Positions 56,313-64,000 of a DNA stretch of 64,000 bases are shown here, in pieces. The position numbers and the translations under genes are program-made. A model generated the notes under the pieces. The model ran no database searches. It was not told the DNA's origin and worked only from the letters and a program-made list of their open reading frames with translations. How positions within the stretch are numbered: the first letter of the stretch is position 1; the number at the start of each line of letters is the position of its first letter. The DNA is from Eledone cirrhosa (lineage: Eukaryota): contig OZ024740.1 of NCBI GenBank assembly GCA_964016885.1, forward strand, positions 157,294,001 through 157,358,000. Reading direction: 5' to 3'.

Positions 56313-56657
56313 TTAATTGCAGAATTATATAATTGTATCTATTTTTGGCACAAGGCCAGAAATTATCTCAGTGTATTACTGGTACTTTATTTTATCGAGC
56401 CATACATGCATGCATACATAATCTACCTAGTTGATGTTGTGTAAATTCCAATGAGAGAGTCTTGTGTCTATGTTAGAAACAGACTCTCTCTCTATTGGGA
56501 AAAAATTTGTGAAATTATAAAACCAGAAGAACATACATACGTACATACACACATAAATACATACATACGTACATACATACATACATACATACATACATAC
56601 ATACATACATACATACATACATACATACATACATACATACATACATACATACATACA

Positions 56658-58268
56658 TCTCCCATCTTTTCTTTGTTGATGACCTGAAGTTGTATGGGCC
56701 AAATATCAATGACGTCAAGAAACAATTGGACCTCATTACACAATTTTCAACAAACATCAAAATGAAATTTGGTGAGTCCAAGTGTGCATATTTGGTAGTA
56801 AAAGGTGGAAGAGATGTGCCCTCCTCTAGAAATCTAGAGATGAACGGCCTGACAATACAACCTCTACAGTCAGGTGACAACTACAGATATCTTGGACAGG
56901 ATGAGAATGTCAGATGTGATTGACCCATAAATAAGGAGAGAACCAGAACTGAATACCTTAGAAGAGTAAAGAAAATATGGTCATCAGAACTGTCAGCGTA
57001 CAACAAGTACATTGCCCACAATACCTATGCTGTGCCAATTTTAACGCCAACATTTGGACTGCTGAACTGGTCATTGCAAGAACTAAGTGAGATGGATGTT
57101 AGAACTCGCAAACTTCTCAGTGTTACTGGGAACTTTAACATCAATGGTGATGTGGATAGGCTATACTTCTCACGCAAGGAAGGTGGCCGGGGTCTAAAAT
57201 CCATATTAACATATGAGACCCGGATAGTAACACTGAAGCAACATCTTCAACAGAGGAAAAAGGTTGGCAACCATCTTGCCCAGGTTTATGAGCATGAAGA
57301 AAAAAATATCATTAGGATAGCCACTGATCTGGAGAAGAGACATGGAATAAAGCCTGATATAAATCTCTCACCCAGAGAAATCGGAAGATCCTATTCAATG
57401 TTCAAACAAGATGAAAAAATTGACCAATTAACAGAAAAAGTTGTGCATGGATACTTGAGACGTAAAACACAGACCATAGAGGCGATAAGCCACTCAAAAA
57501 GCCTGGCATGGAGTTCCGACAAGTTTATGACATCACACCTTAAGGGATATCTCTATGCAATACAGGAACAAGAACTCCCTACCAAATATCTGCTGCACAA
57601 AAGAGGAGGGCCGTCAGATGGCAATAAATGCAGGCCAAGTAAAACAAAGATCGAGGATGTAAGCCACATTGTTGCCAGCTGCGAAAGAATGTCATCTCGC
57701 TACTACCTCCCCATGAGACACGATGGGATAGCTAGAACCATCTGGAACGCACTTCGGAAAACAAAATTAACAACAAACGAGGAAGAATATATTGAGACAG
57801 ATGGCACTAAGGAAGCTGAAAATAAAACCTGCCACCAAATTAAAGCACAACCGGCCTGATATTGTTGTTTGGGATCACACATTGAAAACGTGTTCTGTTG
57901 TGGAGATCAGCTGCCCACTTGATGTAAACGTTGTCAGAAAAATACAGGAGAAGGAGGACATCTACGGACCATTGATGAGGAGTTTACAAATTCAGTATCC
58001 AAGATACACCTTTAGCTTCATACCCATCATTATTGGAGCTACGGGTTATATACCAACCCGCTTGGACCAATGTATAACTGAACTTGGATTTGCGGACAAA
58101 GAGCGCAGCTCCCTAATTCATATTTTACAAATGCCTGCGATAGCTGGCACCTTCAAAATTTGCAAAACATTCTTGCGATTCAAAGGATGACAATTTCTTT
58201 TCTTTTACAACCTTGTCAACAGGAAGGTGGCCGGTCAAAAATATACTCGAAATTAAGAGAAAGAGATA
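56658..58268 (+). mobile_element. 5'-truncated R4/Dong-like (RLE) non-LTR element in (ACAT)n
   Basis: HLFFVDDLKLY, YRYLG, LY..RKEGGRGL, AIQEQ, C..HIVASC, RHD and HNRPDIVVWD..VEISCP. (ACAT)n on both sides. Confidence 0.85.
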
Positions 58269-58609
58269 ACATACATACATATATGCATACATATTACATA
58301 CATACATAAATACATACATACATGAATAGGTCATAGCCAAAAGCTTAGGAAGTTCGCTCCACAATCATGATTTAAACGAATAGCATCTTTGGCAAGTGTC
58401 TTTTATTTACTTGTCATTTCGCTGTGGAAGCCGCTTACTAAAATCGTTATTGTATGTGTGGATGCATATGTTTTGAGTTGTATGTGTGGATGTGTATGTT
58501 TTGAGTTGTATGTGTGGATGTGTATGTTTTGAGTTGTATGTGTGCATGTGTATATGCTTTGTATCTGTACATGTGTATATGCAGTTATTAGATGCAAACT
58601 TTTTGGAAT

Positions 58610-61600
58610 GTTTTACATATTTTTACTCTTCTATTAATGGATTGTACTTGTAACTAGTAGTGTTCTTTCTGTTCCTGTGAAGCCCAGCTTCTCAAGATTT
58701 GTATTGAGGCAGTTACAAACATACCCCAGTGCCCCAATAATCACATGCATAAATCTGAAAGTGTAATCAGGGTAGAGTATCTGCAGATTTCTCATCAGTT
58801 CTGCATAAATATTCTCCTTTTCGCTAATCTTTGATATTATATTGGCATCTGCTGGGCAACTAATTTCCACTACTGTGCATGCTTTCTTCTCCCTGTCCCA
58901 TATCATAATATCTGGTCTGTTATGCCTGCATTTTGCTGGGGTTTTTACTGGAACATTCCACCAGTACTCTTTCATATTATGTACATGGATGTCTTCCACA
59001 TTGCTGTAGCTTTTAATGTGTTTATTATCGGGGCTATCTTTTTTTACGAACTACATTGTACAGTGTTTTGGCCACTACATCATGCCTCATAGGTAGATAG
59101 TACCGCGATGACATATTTGGACAGCTGATGATGACATGGGTGATATCCTCGATGTTAGTTCTGCAGAGTCTGCACTTGTTATCACATCTAGGTGTTTTGC
59201 CTCTAGGTGTTTTGCCTCTAGGTGTTTGCATCTAGGTGTTTTGCCTATCTCTTTTGTGCTTCAGGTATTTCGTGTTAATCTCCTGTTCTTGGATTGCAAA
59301 AGCGTATCCTTCAAAGTAGGAGCCAAAATAGCGGTTGTTGGTCCAAGATAGACTACTTTCCTTATCTATATTACTCTCACTCTGGAGCTTCCTGCCAACA
59401 TATCCATGCATGATTTTTTGCTGATAAGCATGAAGTTTTTCATCCATGGATTCACTGCGATACTGCTGAGCGACTTCCCTGGGTGTGAGTTTTTGATTAT
59501 CACGCAGGGAATATCTCTCGAGGAGTTCCTTCCCAACTCTCATGATCTTATCTGTTTCATGCAGATAGACTTGCTCGAGAGACGGGCTCCTACGCTTCGA
59601 GGTTCGTAGATGTTGTCGGAGAGATATGATGCGACATTCAAATGTTGTCTGGGCTGATGTTAGGCCTCTGCCTCCCTGCTTACGTTTCAAATAAAGGCGG
59701 TCTATTTCACTGTTGATGTGGAAGTTTCCGGTGTTGTTTAGTATTTTTCGAGTTCCAACATTAACTGCTCGGATTTTATCTATCGTCCAATTGAGTATTC
59801 CAAACGTTGGTGTTAGGACAGGCACAGCAAACACATTGTGAGCCACTGTTTTGTTTTGCGCAGAGAGTTCCGATGACCAAATCTTTCTTAATCGAGTGTA
59901 GTATTCCCTGGTTACGCGTTCTTTATTACAGATACCATTATAGGATATGTTCTCATCTATCCCCAGGTATCTGTAGCAGTCCTCATCAGATATCGGTGAA
60001 ACAGTTAAGCCATTGATGACAATGTTGCTAGATTGGGTTGTTGTTTTCCCCGCTTTACAGTCATGTATGAGCATTTATCTTGGCCAAACTCCATTCCTGT
60101 ATCCTTTGAGAACGTTGTAACCAGGTTAAGATTTTTCTTCATCCCATCCATGTTCTTGGCATACAGTTTCAGATCGTCCACAAAGAAATTATGGGTTAGG
60201 TTCGTATTTCTGTCCTCCTGTGAGCCAATGATGTATCCCTCACATTTCTTGAGCAGAAAGGACAAGGGGTTTAATGACAAGATGAATAATATCACAGAGA
60301 GACTGTCCCCCTGAAATATACCCCAGCAATATTTTATTTTATCAGTGAAAATAGAGTCCTCCCTCTCTGTCTTTAACCTTAGGATAGTAGCCCAAGAAGA
60401 AGACAGCCTCTCTATGGCTCTGTCAATAATGTCTGGGACTTTAGCATGTTGGAGGGCCTCTATCATCCAAGAGTGGGAAACAATCGAAAGCTTTCCTGTA
60501 GTCCAGCCAGACTGTAGCCATATTCCTCCTAAGTTGTCGCACCTCCGACATCGCACTTTTGTTGATTAGGAGTTGTTCAGCACATCCCCAAACCCCTTTC
60601 TTTCCAGCTGCTTGTTCATCTGTGATGATGTTATTATTTTCACAGTGATCTTGGAGGAATAGGTTCAGGCAGGCTGTATACATCTTATACATCAGGTTCT
60701 GGCATGCAATGGGTCGGTAGTTTTTTGCCAAGTAGGTGTCTATGTTCTTGGGGACCAGTAATGTTTGTGCTAATGTCAACCATTCTGGTATAAGTGTATC
60801 TCCCTTAAGAACTTGTTGGTAGAGGTCAGTAAGATACCTCCGATAGAATATCAGTTTTTTGTACCAGTAGCCGACAATCATGTCTCTTCCTGGTGTTTTC
60901 TTATCTTAGAGTTTTCCTATCACAGTCTCAAGGGTACCCTCACTTATTTCGTATGTTTTTGTTGTAGTGTAGGAGCAATAGTTCTTTCGGATTTCTCTTA
61001 GCCACACTGCATCTTGGTTGAAATTCTTCTTTTTACTCCATATTTTGCTGCAAAAGGAATCTATGTCTTTCTGGGATGGGGCCTCAGTGACACTTATTAT
61101 TTTGCCCTTCATATCTCTATAGACTGATGTTTGGTTTCGTCTGAATCTTTTATTAAGCACTTTTTTCTCATCTACCTTCTTCAGGTATCGGCGTTTTTCG
61201 CTAACAGCTCTCAATTCTTGTTTGAGGGTGATCAGCTTATATTGGAGAGTTCTGGTTCTACTGTTACCAAACATCGTCTCTATTTTATTTTTCACTCTAT
61301 GTTGGTGAGGAGTGAGGTTTTTTTGTGTTTGTTTGCATGTAAGGATCATTGTCACATATCCTATGGTTTTTCGTAGGTCAGCAATCTTTTTTTCTATTTT
61401 AGTTATATATGATGGTACTTTTGGTGGTGTTCTGTTCTTGTTAATATCTCTGCTATCACCAAGATAAAGCTTCACTGTCGTTGCTAAGGCAAATAAACAG
61501 GCGTTGATTTGCCAAAATGTTGGGGTTTTTATCCGTCGTAAATATTCATCCCCTATTTCGTCAAAAACACGTAATATTTCATTATTTGGTTTTTTACGGG

Positions 61601-61865
61601 CTCGATAAAATAAAGTACCAGTAATGCACTGGGTAATTGCTGACCTTGTGCCTAAAGTAGAAACAATTATTTTGTTTTTTATTAAACATTGTCGTTTTAA
61701 TACGTTCAGCAAGAGAGATATTTATACATGAATTAATTTTTCTCTGGAAGATTTTGTTGAGGGAAATTTTCAATTGTTTATACTTTTGATTATTATCATT
61801 ATCGATAGTATTTTCCACAACAGTCGAGGTAGACTCGGATGGTACACGTGGTGTCAAATTTCTTC
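58610..61865 (-). mobile_element. Decayed R4/Dong-like (RLE) non-LTR element, second family
   Basis: NYRPIAC, WLDYRKAFD, GIFQGDSLS, FVDDLKLY, CRLC..H..SC and HNRPDIMIWD, with several frameshifts. (ATGT)n at the 5' end. Confidence 0.88.
61596..61668 (+). mobile_element. SINE 3' fragment nested in the R4-like element
   Basis: TSD-like flanks ttatttggtttttt/ttattttgtttttt. Confidence 0.8.
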
Positions 61866-62309
61866 GATGTATGTATGTACGTATGTGTGTATGTATGTGT
61901 GTATGTATTTATGTATGTATTATGTATGTACGTGTGTATGTATGTATTTTATTTAGAAAATCAGAATTCAGATACTTAGCTTCAGAATATTACGTTAAAA
62001 AAATATTTCCATAAATTGTCAAAATTTATGGTTTCTTCAAAGTAACAACAAATATTAAACGAGAGTGTTTACCAAACAAGTACTATTTAAAGAATACAGA
62101 TATACAAACCAACAGCATTTGTAGAGAGTGTATTGAGACAACAAAGAGAATGATCAACCATATTGTTTTAGGTTACCGATCATTGACAAACACTGAATAA
62201 ATCTGCATTCATAAACGATTCTTTTTTATTGGCCATATGTATATATACGTGTGTATTTATTCGTATATATATGTGTGTGTGTGTGTAATATATAATATTT
62301 ATGTATATA

Positions 62310-62355
<46 letters not shown>

Positions 62356-62646
62356 ATATATAATGTATATGTGTGTGTATATATATATATATTCATATAT
62401 ATGTATATATATATGTATATATATATGTATATATATATATTCTGAATTTGTTTAGCAAGATTCTTTATCTGAAAACGTGTGTTGAAACCGATATTTTTAT
62501 ACTTTAGGAGGGTCATGTTGCCAATAAGAAACACACGCACCAGTTGCTTTCACTCCAATTTATTATAAATTAAATTTATAAATTTAAGAATTTATAAATT
62601 TCCGGTTAGTTGGTTGGTTCCACAACCGGGCGGTTGTTCATATATT

Positions 62647-62689
62647 GTCAAAGTTCTTTCGTCACACATTCTGTGACCTCTTCAGTGAC
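62647..62689 (-). ncRNA. Minimal type I HHR
   Basis: gtca CUGAAGA g gtcaca gaatg tgtgac GAAA gaac UU tgac. Confidence 0.78.
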
Positions 62690-62761
62690 TGGGGATTATT
62701 TTCTTTGTTGTGTGCCTCTCCTTTGTTCTGTCCTACGCCATAAACAAGATGGCGTCCAAAA

Positions 62762-62902
62762 TTAGTCCAGAATTAGCCGTCGAAACGGCTTGAGCTCAGC
62801 TGTCGGGGTCCTACTTGTTCCTATTACCCACTCTACTACCCTAAGTATTGAGTACTTTGGTGCATTATGGTCCATCTGGTTCCTTACCACATTTCCTTCG
62901 TT
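62762..62902 (+). mobile_element. Short 3'-end insertion of the 5565-8487 PLE family
   Basis: Reverse complement of ~5565-5705 and ends in (TA)n. Contains only the 3' half of the HHR. Confidence 0.9.
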
Positions 62903-63300
62903 ATATATATATATACATATATATATATTGAATGCGTGTGAAAGACCATAGGTCATTATTAAAAGTCACTGAATTTCGCAAAATACATAATATTTTTTAT
63001 TGGAGAACGTAAGATATTTTTCCGCAAAAATTTTATTGCACTGTTTGGTTCCCACTTATGTATTTTTTGAAAATGTTATTTATTCATTATAAAAATTAAA
63101 TGATAGCATTCTATATGTAGGTGGGCCCCCTTCATCTGGCAACCTATTATATTAGAACTATATATAAAACATGAGAAGAATGAATACTGCGTGGTTGCAC
63201 ATGGGTTACATATGATAAAAATAGTCCTTCATCAGTGATTTTCCATCCTTCATTGGTATTTCATCGCTTTAAAAATCATATACCTCCAGTTGGTGCAAGC

Positions 63301-63446
<146 letters not shown>

Positions 63447-64000
63447 CCAATTATTGTAAGTTTGAATCTAACTGACATAACATATATATAGGAATAAGGT
63501 AAGCCAAATCATAGTAGATTCAAATATCACAGAAAGAAAGAGAGAGAGGGGGGAAATGAGGTGGAACAGAAATGAAACATGGATTACAGGTTAAAATGTA
63601 ATGTAGATAGATGAGAAACAAAACGAGGATGTAGTTTATGGAACACCCAAATGATTTAGAAGTCGATTTAAGTAGGATCAATAACATTTAGAAAGACATG
63701 AACGACACCACAACACTTTGTTTTGAAAATTTTGAAAGTAGGTTTATAAGTATGAATTTTCATAAGATTTTCGTAGTTATCTCTGTGGCCAAGCGGTAGG
63801 TACTAGAGACGGTGGCGATCCTGGCCTTGGGTTCAATCCTGGTCAAGAGGTACATGTAACCTTTTTCAGTTTTTATTTTACAACCCATAGAAAAAAATGA
63901 AGAGGTTTACTGGGAACCCTACTCCTGACCAGGATCACCACCGTCTATGATTCCTCCAACTAGGCCATCGAGACAGCTTCAAAAGTATAATGAAAATTGA

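Overview
AT-rich, microsatellite-saturated animal genomic DNA; the SINE family and repeat landscape suggest an octopus/coleoid cephalopod (inference). The only host gene seen is the last two coding exons of a class B (secretin-family) GPCR on + (10788-10829, 15769-16143). The rest is mostly mobile DNA: a near full-length Neptune-type Penelope-like element (PLE, 49160-55197), a 5'-inverted PLE (5565-8487), other GIY-YIG remnants, RTE, CR1, R4/Dong-like and Tx1-like LINEs, many tRNA-derived SINEs, a Helitron-like element and Tc1/pogo remnants. Most notable: (1) about 20 hand-folded type I hammerhead ribozyme (HHR) motifs from about 13 apparently distinct families, mostly in short (TA)n-anchored, often fold-back inserts, including non-canonical cores (U3-A8, U4C, U3-A8 plus A13C); (2) the large PLE has a separate coiled-coil ORF1 overlapping the RT ORF through a U UUU UUA slippery heptamer, suggesting gag-pol-like -1 frameshifting; (3) a 3.4 x 615-bp near-perfect tandem inserted in (TA)n that looks like a rolling-circle copy of a circular template. 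All folds and alignments were done by eye, and many boundaries are approximate.
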